Assembly (NCBI GenBank): GCA_023399095.1
Contig: JAEWQS010000077.1
Location: 2,137 to 66,136, forward strand
DNA: 64,000 nucleotides
Origin: Bacillota bacterium
GTDB lineage: Bacteria; Bacillota; Clostridia; Christensenellales; SZUA-584
Direction: 5' to 3'
Shown here in pieces: positions 48,013 through 57,880 of the stretch. A model generated the notes under the pieces. It saw only the letters and a program-made list of their open reading frames with translations, did not search any database and had not been told where the DNA came from. Within the stretch, counting starts at the first letter, position 1. The number at the start of each line of letters is the position of its first letter. The translations under genes were made by a program, and so were the position numbers.

Positions 48013-48528
48013 ATGATGCATTCATCGTTGTTGACAGTCATCAAAGACCAGACACAAAAATCGCTTTGGAGCGTACACAATGTGATGGACTGTATTCCGA
48101 ACAATATATGGGGCAGGCTTTACTGTGGTACGCCGCTTTGGAAACATGTTTACCACACGCTGCATTCGCTTGATCGCTGCTATATAAACCCGTATGTATA
48201 CAAGGAGCCCAAATTTCATGTAGATGGTCTGAATGATCTCAATACACTAACCATAGAATTCTTATCCCGTGATACACTTAAAGAATACGCAAATCAAGTG
48301 GAAGGAAAAATAAACGCCTTTCTTAATACGTTCGCAGAAGAGCAATTATCAGAGAAACCCGAACAGTGTCCTTTCATACGCTTCCAATTGATACTCGCTC
48401 AGCATCGTCATCTGGATATGCACATCGGCATGATAATGGGCTTTGTAGTTGCGGAGACGGGACGCTGGCCCAAGGTGCTTGGACTCATGGATGATATCAA
48501 AACGCGTGAAGCGTGCGTGTACGATTAA
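48013..48528 (+). CDS. hypothetical protein, possibly DinB-superfamily
   Basis: 171 aa. His-rich helices (HVYHTLHSLD, AQHRHLDMHIG) are suggestive only. Confidence 0.35.
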   Translation: MMHSSLLTVIKDQTQKSLWSVHNVMDCIPNNIWGRLYCGTPLWKHVYHTLHSLDRCYINPYVYKEPKFHVDGLNDLNTLTIEFLSRDTLKEYANQVEGKINAFLNTFAEEQLSEKPEQCPFIRFQLILAQHRHLDMHIGMIMGFVVAETGRWPKVLGLMDDIKTREACVYD

Positions 48529-48549
48529 CGTTCGAAGGGAGAGAGCCTT

Positions 48550-49206
48550 ATGAATGTGACAAGACTTTTGGGAACGTCATGGCTAGCTCACGATGGCAAA
48601 ACAGGAATTATTGTTGATGCGGCCAGAAAGGGGCAGGCGCAAGCCATAAAAAAAAGGTTAGAACCGCTGGGGCTGACAATCCCGCTGCTTTTTCTCACGC
48701 ATACGCACTTCGACCACACGGGATGTGCGGCAGCATTGCAGGAATATGCAGACGCCAAGGTCATCGTCGGCGCTGCGGAAGCAGATTGCTTGAAGCAAGG
48801 CTATACACCCGTGCCTAAGGGCACTTTTGTGGTTACCCGTGTTATTTCTGATGCGGGGCACAATCTGACGCCCAAACAGACGGAATACTATGATGCGGTT
48901 ACACACGACATTGTACCCATAGCTATGGCGCGTGATCTCAGTGAATTCGGATTTGATGCGCAAGCTGTGCCGCTGGGCGGACACACAGCTGGATCAATCG
49001 GTCTGCACATTGGAGAGCATTTCTTCGCTGGTGATACGGTGTTCGGTGTCGGCGGCGTGCTGTATCCGCCATTCGCGGACTGTCCCGATGCGATTCAAAC
49101 AGCGTGGGAGAGGATTCTCGCTACGGAAGCAAAGTATATCTGCCCGGGGCATGGAAGAATGCTGAGCAGAGATAGGCTGGAGAAGCAGTATCAGGCGCGA
49201 TATTAA
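48550..49206 (+). CDS. MBL-fold metallo-hydrolase
   Basis: 218 aa with THTHFDH motif. Confidence 0.85.
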   Translation: MNVTRLLGTSWLAHDGKTGIIVDAARKGQAQAIKKRLEPLGLTIPLLFLTHTHFDHTGCAAALQEYADAKVIVGAAEADCLKQGYTPVPKGTFVVTRVISDAGHNLTPKQTEYYDAVTHDIVPIAMARDLSEFGFDAQAVPLGGHTAGSIGLHIGEHFFAGDTVFGVGGVLYPPFADCPDAIQTAWERILATEAKYICPGHGRMLSRDRLEKQYQARY

Positions 49207-49230
49207 CAGATATAATCTATAGGAAGAAGG

Positions 49231-49722
49231 ATGCATATGAAATTATATATCAAGCAGAAAGTCTTATCCTGGACAGATAAATTTACCATCAAGGATGACA
49301 CGGAGCAAGACAAGTATATGGTTGAAGGTGAACTGTTTTCTTGGGGTAAAAAACTACATGTGAAGGATATGACAGGACGAGAGGCCGCATTTATACAGCA
49401 AAAAGTGTGGAGCTTTTTGCCTCGCTTTTTTGTGTTTGTTGACGGACGGCAAATTGCTGAGATTGTCAAGCAATTCACTTTCTTACGCCCCAAATACAGC
49501 ATCGCCGGTTTGAATTGGGAAATAGAAGGTGATTTTATGGCACATAACTATCAAATCACACAAAACGGCCGATTGGTGGTGACCATACACAAGGAATGGC
49601 TGACATGGGGAGATTGTTATGTGCTTGATATTGAATCTGAACAGGATGAAATTTTTGCGCTCGCCGTGGTACTGGCTATCGATTGCGTGATGGCGGCACA
49701 GGCAGCATCGACAAGCAACTAA
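49231..49722 (+). CDS. LURP-one-related / tubby-C-like (YxjI-type) protein
   Basis: MKLYIKQKVLSWTDKFTIKDD...GDFMAHNYQI pattern typical of the family. Start at 49231 or 49237. Confidence 0.65.
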   Translation: MHMKLYIKQKVLSWTDKFTIKDDTEQDKYMVEGELFSWGKKLHVKDMTGREAAFIQQKVWSFLPRFFVFVDGRQIAEIVKQFTFLRPKYSIAGLNWEIEGDFMAHNYQITQNGRLVVTIHKEWLTWGDCYVLDIESEQDEIFALAVVLAIDCVMAAQAASTSN

Positions 49723-49996
49723 CGCAGCCACTTTTCAGCCCCATAAGCAGCAGGCTTATAACGAGATTATCACATTTAACTATCGATTTGACTCCCTCTG
49801 AGGAGGGAGCTGGCTGCGTAGCAGACTGAGGGAGAGATTTCATACACTCCAGCATTAACGCATGCAACAAGGCCGCAGTGTAGATAGCACTATTGATTTA
49901 TCCGATGTGTCGCCCGCTCTTGATATAGAGCCATAAAAAAGCACGACATTCCTGCCGCGCTTAAACTCAATTCTTAATACTTAACTCTTAATTGTT

Positions 49997-51205
49997 TTAC
50001 AGGCAAAACGCCTCGGCGACCACGCCGATCGCATCCACAGCGTTGCTGGTTTCAATGCAGAAGCTGATGTTCGTTTCGGACGTCGTGATGATCGCGATAC
50101 CGATGTTCTTTTCGGCGAGCGCGCCAAAAAGCTTGGCGGCCACACCGGTCTGTTGCTGCATGCCTGCACCTTCCACCGTCAGCTTAGAGAGCGACGACGT
50201 TTCAATGATCTCCGCACATTCCTTTTTGAATTTCGCAATGACTCTCAAACAGCTTTTCAAGTCGGCGCGGGGGAGCGAGAACGAAAGGCTGGCCTTGCCG
50301 TCATGCGGCATCGTTTGGCTGATGATGTCGAGCTTGATGTCCGCATCCGCGATATCCGAGAAGACCTTGGCGATGGTATCAGGAGAAAATTTTAGCTGCG
50401 AAAGCGTCACCATGGCCTGCCCGTCGTCTTTAAATACGCTTGTCACGGCATTTTGCTTGATGATGTCGTTCATGTTGTATAGCCCGGCCGGCATTCCGCA
50501 GATAAATGCTGCCGCGCGCAATGCGCCGAACGCGAAAATCTGACGTGACTGAGCCGTGTGCTTGATTTCCACGATCTCGTCAGTACCGATAAAATAGACG
50601 CTATGCTCGCCGGGAATCGTGCCGCCACGCACCGCGTGAATACCGATTTCACGGCCGCGTTTCTCTGTGCGTGTGCAGCGCCCGCAAACAAACGGCTTGG
50701 GTGCCATCAGTGCATCGTTAATAGACTCGGCGATCGCTAGCGCGGTACCACTCGGTGAATCCACCTTCTGATTATGATGCTTCTCGACGATCTCGATGTC
50801 GCAGTCTTCACCCAAGAAAGCGGCTGCTCGGCGAGAGAGCTCCATTTGGAGATTGACGCCGAGCGACATATTGGCGGAAAAGAACACGGGGATCTGCGCC
50901 GCCGCGTTCCTGATTTTTGCTTTATCCTCATCTGTGAAGCCCGTTGTGGCGATCACGATGGGGGTGTTGTGTGAAAGCGCGTATCTTAAATTGGCTTCCA
51001 GCGCGTCGGGACGCGAGAAATCGACAATCACATCTCCCGCTTCACGACAGTCAAATATGTCAGCGTAAACAGGATATTCATTGATTAAGGCGTCCGGCAT
51101 TTTGTCTATGCCCGCGCAGACGCGCATGTCATCCATATCGGCAGCAAATTTTGCAACCGTTTGACCCATTTTTCCGTTAGCGCCGCATATAATTAAATTG
51201 GTCAT
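49997..51205 (-). CDS. dapB: 4-hydroxy-tetrahydrodipicolinate reductase fused to two aspartokinase-type ACT domains
   Basis: aa 1-249 are DapB (ICGANGKMG, EKHHNQKVDSPSGTA, GLYNMNDII). aa ~252-402 resemble the LysC regulatory region (AMVTLSQL...DIKLDIISQT; KLTVEGAGMQQQTGVAAKLFGALAEKNIGIAIITTSE). Confidence 0.85.
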   Translation of the reverse strand: MTNLIICGANGKMGQTVAKFAADMDDMRVCAGIDKMPDALINEYPVYADIFDCREAGDVIVDFSRPDALEANLRYALSHNTPIVIATTGFTDEDKAKIRNAAAQIPVFFSANMSLGVNLQMELSRRAAAFLGEDCDIEIVEKHHNQKVDSPSGTALAIAESINDALMAPKPFVCGRCTRTEKRGREIGIHAVRGGTIPGEHSVYFIGTDEIVEIKHTAQSRQIFAFGALRAAAFICGMPAGLYNMNDIIKQNAVTSVFKDDGQAMVTLSQLKFSPDTIAKVFSDIADADIKLDIISQTMPHDGKASLSFSLPRADLKSCLRVIAKFKKECAEIIETSSLSKLTVEGAGMQQQTGVAAKLFGALAEKNIGIAIITTSETNISFCIETSNAVDAIGVVAEAFCL

Positions 51206-51245
51206 TCTTACCTCTCATCCTATGTATGTCAAAGTTCTTTTTAAG

Positions 51246-52127
51246 CTAAGCGATGTCAAACCCAAGTGCCATTAATTCTTTTTTCAAGACGGTGGCCTTA
51301 TCTGCGCTCATTTCACAAAGAGGCATGCGCAAAAGCCCAACGCTGATACCGATCATGTTAAGCGCTGTCTTCACAGGTATGGGATTCACTTCGGAGAACA
51401 GTGCGTTCACGAGCGGATTAAGCTTAAACTGAAGTTCTCTTGCACGCGCGGTATCGCCTTCTAGGAAGCTCATGACCATATCATGCGTCATTTCCGGCAG
51501 CAGATTGGACACCACGGAAATCACACCCTTGCCGCCCAGAGAAAGCAATGGCACCACATGGTCGTCGTTGCCCGAATAAAGATCAATTTCGGGGCAGAGA
51601 CGCGCGATCTCGGCAATCTGCGAGATATTGCCGCTTGCTTCTTTGATGGCAACAATGTTGTCGTGAGAGGTGATTTCTTTCATAACCGATGGCTTAATAT
51701 TGACGCCGGTGCGTCCGGGTATGTTATAAACCACGATGTCAGTGCTCACTGCGTCTGCAATCGCATGGTAGTGCCGGACCAGCCCCGTGTCGGTGCATTT
51801 ATTATAGTATGGCGTAACCACGAGCAGGCCGTCCACGCCAAGGTCGGCGGCTTCCAGCGAGGTTTCAATCGCCGAGACGGTGTTGTTGCTGCCCGTTCCG
51901 GCGATAACGGGAACGCGTCCCGCTGTCTGTTTGACGACAAATTCGATGGCGCTTAAGTCCTCGTCCTTTGTCATCGTGGAAGACTCGCCTGTCGTGCCGC
52001 AGACGATGAGCGCATCGATGCCGCCTTCAATCTGATATTCGATCAGTGTTTCGAAATTGGCAAAGTCGATGCCCTTGTCGTTAAACGGCGTGACAAGCGC
52101 GGTACCGGCTCCTGTAAATATACTCAT
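51246..52127 (-). CDS. dapA: 4-hydroxy-tetrahydrodipicolinate synthase
   Basis: 293 aa. GTTGES motif and Schiff-base Lys context VAIKEASG. Confidence 0.95.
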   Translation of the reverse strand: MSIFTGAGTALVTPFNDKGIDFANFETLIEYQIEGGIDALIVCGTTGESSTMTKDEDLSAIEFVVKQTAGRVPVIAGTGSNNTVSAIETSLEAADLGVDGLLVVTPYYNKCTDTGLVRHYHAIADAVSTDIVVYNIPGRTGVNIKPSVMKEITSHDNIVAIKEASGNISQIAEIARLCPEIDLYSGNDDHVVPLLSLGGKGVISVVSNLLPEMTHDMVMSFLEGDTARARELQFKLNPLVNALFSEVNPIPVKTALNMIGISVGLLRMPLCEMSADKATVLKKELMALGFDIA

Positions 52128-52155
52128 AAAATCTGCTTCCTTTCTCGGTGATGCG

Positions 52156-53235
52156 TCACCTGTCGAAATATCCCTTGGCGGCGAGCAGCTCGGCCATCAG
52201 CACAGCGCCGCCTGCTGCACCGCGCAGCGTGTTGTGGCTGAGGCATACAAATTTATAATCGTAAATCGGATCTTCACGCAGTCGGCCAATCGACACAGCC
52301 ATACCGTTGCCGTTATCGCGGTCTATGCGCGTCTGCGGACGTGCGTCATCCTCAAAATACATGAGGAACTGCTCGGGTGCGCTGGGGAGCCCCAGCTCCT
52401 GCGGAACGCCCTTAAAGCTCTGCCACCTTTTCTTTATTTCATCGATAGACGGCTTCTTGGCGAACTTCACAAATGTTGCCGCCATGTGCCCATCAGATGC
52501 GGGAACGCGGATGCACTGTGTGGTGATCACGGGTTTTTGCGTGTTCACAATCACATCACCCTCGATTTGGCCCCAGATCTTAAGAGGCTCCTGCTCGCTC
52601 TTTTGCTCTTCGCCACCGATATACGGGATGACGTTATCCACCATTTCCGGCCAGGAATCAAATGTTTTGCCGGCGCCGGATATGGCCTGGTATGTGCAGG
52701 CCACGACTTGCTCAACGCCAAAGTCCATGAGCGGATGCAGGGCAGGCACATAGGTCTGTATCGAACAGTTGGGCTTTACGGAAATAAAGCCGCGCTTTGT
52801 GCCAAGGCGTTTGCGTTGGCTGTCAATAATATTCACATGCTCCGCGTTGATCTCGGGCATCAGCATCGGCACATCGGGTGTGCCGCGGTGAGCGCTGTTG
52901 TTCGAAACCACGGGGATTTCTGCTTTAGCATATGCCTCTTCGAGCTGTTTTGTCAGTGCTTTGTCGAGGCTGATTGCGCAGAATACGAAATCCACCGTCT
53001 GTGCGGCTTTGTCAATATCCGACGCGTCATAGACGTTCATTTTTGCAATTTTCTCGGGCAGCGGCGTTGACATTGCCCAGCGTCCTTCCACAGCTTCGCC
53101 GTATGTTTTTCCGGCGGAGCGTTCGCTCGCGCTCAAAAGAGCAATCTCAAACCATGGATGGTCTGCCAGCAGAGAGATAAAGCGCTGTCCGACCATGCCT
53201 GTTGCACCTACGATGCCTACGTTAAACTTTTTCAC
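52156..53235 (-). CDS. asd: aspartate-semialdehyde dehydrogenase
   Basis: GTG start at 53235 behind a GGAGGA RBS (VKKFNVGIVGATGMVGQRF). Active-site KPNCS. The track N-terminal extension is rejected. Confidence 0.95.
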   Translation of the reverse strand: MKKFNVGIVGATGMVGQRFISLLADHPWFEIALLSASERSAGKTYGEAVEGRWAMSTPLPEKIAKMNVYDASDIDKAAQTVDFVFCAISLDKALTKQLEEAYAKAEIPVVSNNSAHRGTPDVPMLMPEINAEHVNIIDSQRKRLGTKRGFISVKPNCSIQTYVPALHPLMDFGVEQVVACTYQAISGAGKTFDSWPEMVDNVIPYIGGEEQKSEQEPLKIWGQIEGDVIVNTQKPVITTQCIRVPASDGHMAATFVKFAKKPSIDEIKKRWQSFKGVPQELGLPSAPEQFLMYFEDDARPQTRIDRDNGNGMAVSIGRLREDPIYDYKFVCLSHNTLRGAAGGAVLMAELLAAKGYFDR

Positions 53236-53271
53236 CCGTTTATCCTCCAAATTAATAAAAATATCTTTAGA

Positions 53272-53506
53272 CAAAAATAGTGCGCATAACCATATATAGC
53301 GCACCACCGTCATAAACTGCAAATCTTAATGAAATGCCAGACTACAGCAGCGCTCCGTCTTAAAAAGACGGCAGTTGCATGGCTGTTAACCATACCCCCA
53401 GGCCAAACCTTTACGGACGGTTCACCTTCGGCAGTTTCCCCTTTCTCATGCGCTTCACCGGCACCCGCTGCCTCTACACATATACTCTTGAAAACCGCGC
53501 CTCAAA
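53272..53506 (-). promoter_or_regulatory. lysine riboswitch (L-box) with terminator, leader of asd-dapA-dapB
   Basis: Minus-strand RNA contains GAGGCGCGGTTTTCAAGAGTA, GAAAGGGGAAACTGCCGAAGG, CCTGGGGGTATGG...CCAT and the CCGTCTT-TTT-AAGACGGAG hairpin, matching conserved L-box elements. Terminator GTGCGC-N13-GCGCAC+TATTTTTG at 53272-53305. Confidence 0.8.
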
Positions 53507-53529
53507 CTGTAATGGTATTAATGACTATG

Positions 53530-53558
53530 ATTATAGCATCGTCGGCCCCGTTCGTCAA
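53530..53558 (-). promoter_or_regulatory. sigma-A-type promoter driving the L-box leader
   Basis: Minus strand TTGACG-N17-TATAAT. Confidence 0.6.
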
Positions 53559-53879
53559 CCCGACCAACACATAATAGGGTTTGTAAATTTTTTATATTTA
53601 TAGCGCAGCGTTTTTTCTCTTGGGTTTTGTTGATAATTGCTTTTCGAGAGAATACGAGAATAATTATAAACAAGAAGGCTCCAATATGGGAATTATCATT
53701 AACGACTCGGATGCTTAACAGCAATGTATTGACGGTTTCAAAAAGATATCATGAACCTATTGTAAACAGTTCGCAACTGCGTTGTGAAATAGCTTGCTCT
53801 ATAGTATATTGTTGATAATATTGCCGCTTGCGGCATAAAATGATGAGGCCCCAAAAAAGCGGCCTTTTGGTGTGGTTTT

Positions 53880-54620
53880 GTGGAGGGTGTTTTGAAGGCA
53901 TACAGTTATCTTGCAAAGGCTTATAACGAGCTTATGGCTGACGTTAATTATGACGGCTGGGCGGCGTATATAAACGAGCTTATCGGTCTGGAAAACCGAC
54001 GCGTATTTGAAGCGGCTTGCGGCACGGGGAACATATCATGCCGGCTTTACGACTTCGGGCACGACGTTATTGCCTCGGACATATCTGACGATATGCTGCT
54101 TAAGGCGGCTGAGCATGCGCGAGGTACCGGCCGCGACATTAAGTTTGTCAAGCAGGATATGCGCAGCTTCATGGTGGGCAACAAGGTGAACGCGGTGGTC
54201 TGCGCGTGTGACGGGGTCAATTATATCGATGAAGAAGGGCTTGAACAGTTTGCGGCTGCGTCGTTTCATGCTCTTAAAAGCGGCGGTCTGCTGCTTTTTG
54301 ATATCAGTACACGTACCAAGCTTATTTCAATGGATGCTGAGGTGTATTTTGACGACTCGGATGATGTATCCTGCATCTGGCGCAATGCGTATAATAAAGT
54401 GCAAAACATACTGACGATGGATGTGACGCTGTTTATGCGAGCGGGCAGTTTGTTCGAGCGCTTCAGCGAAACGCATATACAGCACGCGCATGATATTGAA
54501 GCTGTGAGGCAGATCGTTCAGGCGGCGGGGTTTTGGGAAGTCAGTGTTTACGAATTCTTGACAAAGGATAGGTATACGGACGATTCGCAGCGTGCACAGT
54601 TCGTCTGCCGCAAACAATGA
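53880..54620 (+). CDS. class I SAM-dependent methyltransferase
   Basis: 246 aa. SAM motif I VFEAACGTGN and acidic loop ASDIS. Start uncertain (GTG 53880 or TTG 53892). Confidence 0.8.
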   Translation: MEGVLKAYSYLAKAYNELMADVNYDGWAAYINELIGLENRRVFEAACGTGNISCRLYDFGHDVIASDISDDMLLKAAEHARGTGRDIKFVKQDMRSFMVGNKVNAVVCACDGVNYIDEEGLEQFAAASFHALKSGGLLLFDISTRTKLISMDAEVYFDDSDDVSCIWRNAYNKVQNILTMDVTLFMRAGSLFERFSETHIQHAHDIEAVRQIVQAAGFWEVSVYEFLTKDRYTDDSQRAQFVCRKQ

Positions 54621-54669
54621 GCATACTATTTTTATTTCGTATATGTTATAATCAAGACATGGAGGTCAA

Positions 54670-56364
54670 ATGAAAGACAACAGAAATAACAAAATACTCA
54701 GCTTCAATCAACCGGCCGAGTTTTTCATAAAGAAAGCCGAAAAGCACATCGACGCGGGGAATTTCCTCGAGGCGTTGGCGCTTTATCGCTGTGTGCTGGG
54801 CATGGAGCCCGAAAATGTGGATTATCTTTTAAGCATCGCACAGATATATTCCGAAATGGGACTGTACGCCGAATCCAACGACGTGCTGTTAAAAATAGCG
54901 AAATACGGAAGCACGCCCACCGAGTGCCTGTTTGCGCTTGGGTGCAACTATATGGGGCTTAAGAACTACGAGCTTGCGGACGAGGCGTTCGAGCAGTATC
55001 TTGCAATCGATCCTGACGGCGAATACGCAGAGGATATCGATGAGCTTTTCGACATTATGGACGAAGAGGATTACGAGGAAGACGGAACGCTGCACGATAT
55101 CAGCCGGCGCATGATGTACGAAGAGGCCTATGAGGGCAAGCAGTGTCTTGACAAGGGCGATTACAAAAACGCGATCAAGCATCTGGAGAAGGTGGTTCAC
55201 CGTAATGGAACGATGTACAGCGCGATGAACAACCTTGCTCTGTCATACTTCTTTGAGGGGCGAAAGGCGGAGGCGGTCGAGCTTTCGAAACGCGTGCTTT
55301 CATCTCAGCCTCACAACCTGCATGCTTGCTGCAATCTCGCGCTGTTTTGCTCGGATATGAACGATCATGCGAACGCCGCGGTGAATCTTGAAAAGCTGGG
55401 TGGCATGAACGATATTGAGCCTGAGGATATGCATAAGGTGGCTTTGACATACTGCGAGCTTGGATACCATCAGAAAGCGTATCAGACGTTTCAGAAGATC
55501 GTAGCGTTTCAGCCGTATGATATTCGCATACTGCATTTCTGCGGCCTTGCGGCTTACAACTGCGCTCAGTATGCGGAATCGCTTTCGTATTTTGTCAAGA
55601 TACTCAAGATCGACCCAAACAACAGCCTTGCGCTGTATTATAAATCTCGCGCTGAGGATGCGAAGTCAGGCGGATCACAAAAAGAGCTTGAGTATGTGTA
55701 TCAGGTGCAGTTTGACGAGATCAAACGCCGCATCAGCTACTTGAACGACTGCTTAAAACAAAAGGACGGCAGCTTAAAGGACAAGTGGGATAACGATGAA
55801 TTCTTAAAATCCATCATATTCTGGGGTCTGCATTACGGCGATGAGTACATAAAAAAGATCGTGCTTGAGATTATGAGCATGTTTTCGGATGCAAGAGTGG
55901 AGGAAGCGTTTCGTGACTTTCTGCTCAAGAGCGCGGAGACGGACGAGATTAAGAACGACATATTTATGTACCTGAAGAAGATGGGCGCAGAGGAGCCTTA
56001 TGTGGCATATATCAAGGGCGCGATTGCAGAGGTGCGTGTCGGGACGGTGTCGGAAGACTTAAAGGCATTGCCGGAGCGTTATGCAGATGCGCTGTCGAGC
56101 TTCATCAGCCATGCGCGTCCGCGCTACAACGACGAATTTGTGACGGTCGGGGTAGAGATGATGCTTTCGATTGTGAAGAGACGAAAGGATGACGGCTATT
56201 GGATTAAAACCCCGCAAGCATTTGCCGCGGCGCTGGAGCTTCACGCCTGCGAGGTGACAGCGGATATCGAGCCGCCATCCAAAAAAGAGTTACTTGAGGT
56301 TTACGGTATTTCCTTACCGACGCTAAACAAATATTATGCCTTGCTGTTTGGCAGCAAGAAATAA
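54670..56364 (+). CDS. TPR-repeat protein
   Basis: 564 aa with multiple 34-aa TPR-like repeats (e.g. AxxxYxxxLxxxPxN patterns). Confidence 0.75.
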   Translation: MKDNRNNKILSFNQPAEFFIKKAEKHIDAGNFLEALALYRCVLGMEPENVDYLLSIAQIYSEMGLYAESNDVLLKIAKYGSTPTECLFALGCNYMGLKNYELADEAFEQYLAIDPDGEYAEDIDELFDIMDEEDYEEDGTLHDISRRMMYEEAYEGKQCLDKGDYKNAIKHLEKVVHRNGTMYSAMNNLALSYFFEGRKAEAVELSKRVLSSQPHNLHACCNLALFCSDMNDHANAAVNLEKLGGMNDIEPEDMHKVALTYCELGYHQKAYQTFQKIVAFQPYDIRILHFCGLAAYNCAQYAESLSYFVKILKIDPNNSLALYYKSRAEDAKSGGSQKELEYVYQVQFDEIKRRISYLNDCLKQKDGSLKDKWDNDEFLKSIIFWGLHYGDEYIKKIVLEIMSMFSDARVEEAFRDFLLKSAETDEIKNDIFMYLKKMGAEEPYVAYIKGAIAEVRVGTVSEDLKALPERYADALSSFISHARPRYNDEFVTVGVEMMLSIVKRRKDDGYWIKTPQAFAAALELHACEVTADIEPPSKKELLEVYGISLPTLNKYYALLFGSKK

Positions 56365-56375
56365 GGAGGTCGTTT

Positions 56376-57218
56376 ATGCTGATCGATTTTGAACCAAAAT
56401 TCGGCGAATATCTTCATGGATATATGCACAGCAACGGTCTCAATGAGGACGACGTCGAGGAGCAGGTGCCGGAGCTGTATCTCAAATGGTTGGACATGCC
56501 CCAAGAGTGGCTGTCAGGACAATCACCCAACGCCTATTTTGAGGCCATGGACTCAAGCGAGCTTGTGACGATGCTGGGTCGCTATATGATATCTGACATA
56601 ACCGTGCCGGGTCCGCTGCTTAATCGTATTGCCGATACAAACGAAGACACGTATCCGCTGCTTGTATCGCTGATGCAACACTATGAAGGCGATAAAGGTG
56701 ATGAGATTCGCACGATTATCGTGAAGCTCATCGAAGAAATGGATATGCCGCGTCCGTTTGCGTATTATATTGATGTGGTGGCAAAGGCGACGCAGCCGAG
56801 CGATTTTTCCGAAGCGTGTGTGGAAGAGCTTAAAAACGCGGGTGCAGAATATACGCAGAGCGTGATCAGTGCGTATGAATCCGCGCAATCGGTTTACGCA
56901 GCTGATTGTTTTCTTGACATACTTGCCGATATGCCATTTGACGAGCGTTCATACGAGCTGGCGCTGGAAAAATTTCTATACAGTGAGACCAACAAAGCGT
57001 TCTATGCAAGCTGCCTTGGGAAGATGGGTAGCGATAAAGCTTTGCCGTATCTCGAAGAGGCGCTGCGCCAGGACGGCATCAAATACTTTGATTATGTGAG
57101 TATCAAAAACGCGGTGGAAGAGCTCGGAGGCGAAGTGGTGATCGACCGCGATTTCACGGACGACAAGGACTACGAATCTCTGTTAAACTTGGAGGATAAG
57201 GCTTGGCGATTACATTAG
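56376..57218 (+). CDS. hypothetical acidic helical protein
   Basis: 280 aa, tightly spaced within the operon. No family recognised. Confidence 0.5.
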   Translation: MLIDFEPKFGEYLHGYMHSNGLNEDDVEEQVPELYLKWLDMPQEWLSGQSPNAYFEAMDSSELVTMLGRYMISDITVPGPLLNRIADTNEDTYPLLVSLMQHYEGDKGDEIRTIIVKLIEEMDMPRPFAYYIDVVAKATQPSDFSEACVEELKNAGAEYTQSVISAYESAQSVYAADCFLDILADMPFDERSYELALEKFLYSETNKAFYASCLGKMGSDKALPYLEEALRQDGIKYFDYVSIKNAVEELGGEVVIDRDFTDDKDYESLLNLEDKAWRLH

Positions 57219-57880
57219 CGAATATTCAAAAAAACGAGAAGATAAAAGTGCTTGTGGAGCACGCAAATAAGGTGCTCGAGGTAATGGGATATACCGACCA
57301 TGGCCCGCGGCATGTCGGTTATGTGAGCCGTATCGCCGGGGAGATATTGCAGAATCTCGGCAAGGACAAAAGGCGCATTGAGCTCGCCAAAATAACGGGT
57401 TGGGTTCACGACGTCGGCAACATGGTCAACAGAAAGCACCACGGTTTAAACGGCGCAGTGTTGCTTTTTCCTATACTTTGTGAAATGGGAATGGATATCA
57501 CGGAGGCTTGCGAAGTTTGCTCGGCGGTGGGCTCACACGAAGAAGAGACAGGTCTGCCCATCAGCGATATTTCCGCGGCTTTGATCATCGCGGACAAGGT
57601 GGACGCGCACCGAGCACGCGTGCGTTCCAAGGAGTTTTTGCCCACGGACATTCACGACCGCGTGAACTACTCAATTCGTTCCACCAAACTGACCGTGAAC
57701 AACGGAACCATCGGGATCGATTACACGATGGGTCAAGGTGCGTCACCTATGGATTTTTTAAGCATTTATCTGACGCGCATGCAGATGTGCGAAAAAAGCT
57801 CACGTTTCCTCGGGTGTAATTTTGCATTGCATATCAACGGCGTGAAGCTTAACAGATGGGATGAGACAAATGGACTATAA
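57203..57880 (+). CDS. HD-domain phosphohydrolase
   Basis: TTG start behind a GGAGGA RBS. H...HD motif (GPRHVGYV ... GWVHDVGN). Confidence 0.7.
   Translation: MAITLANIQKNEKIKVLVEHANKVLEVMGYTDHGPRHVGYVSRIAGEILQNLGKDKRRIELAKITGWVHDVGNMVNRKHHGLNGAVLLFPILCEMGMDITEACEVCSAVGSHEEETGLPISDISAALIIADKVDAHRARVRSKEFLPTDIHDRVNYSIRSTKLTVNNGTIGIDYTMGQGASPMDFLSIYLTRMQMCEKSSRFLGCNFALHINGVKLNRWDETNGL

Noticed and set aside
52057-53070. 337-aa forward-strand ORF
   Set aside because: It lies entirely antisense to asd, which has unmistakable family motifs, an RBS and operon context. Its own product is a low-complexity Arg/His/Ala-rich sequence typical of antisense frames in GC-rich genes.
53329-53603. Two forward-strand ORFs of 81 and 74 aa
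   Set aside because: They overlie the minus-strand lysine riboswitch and its promoter. They have no RBS, and the RNA element fully explains conservation-type signals there.
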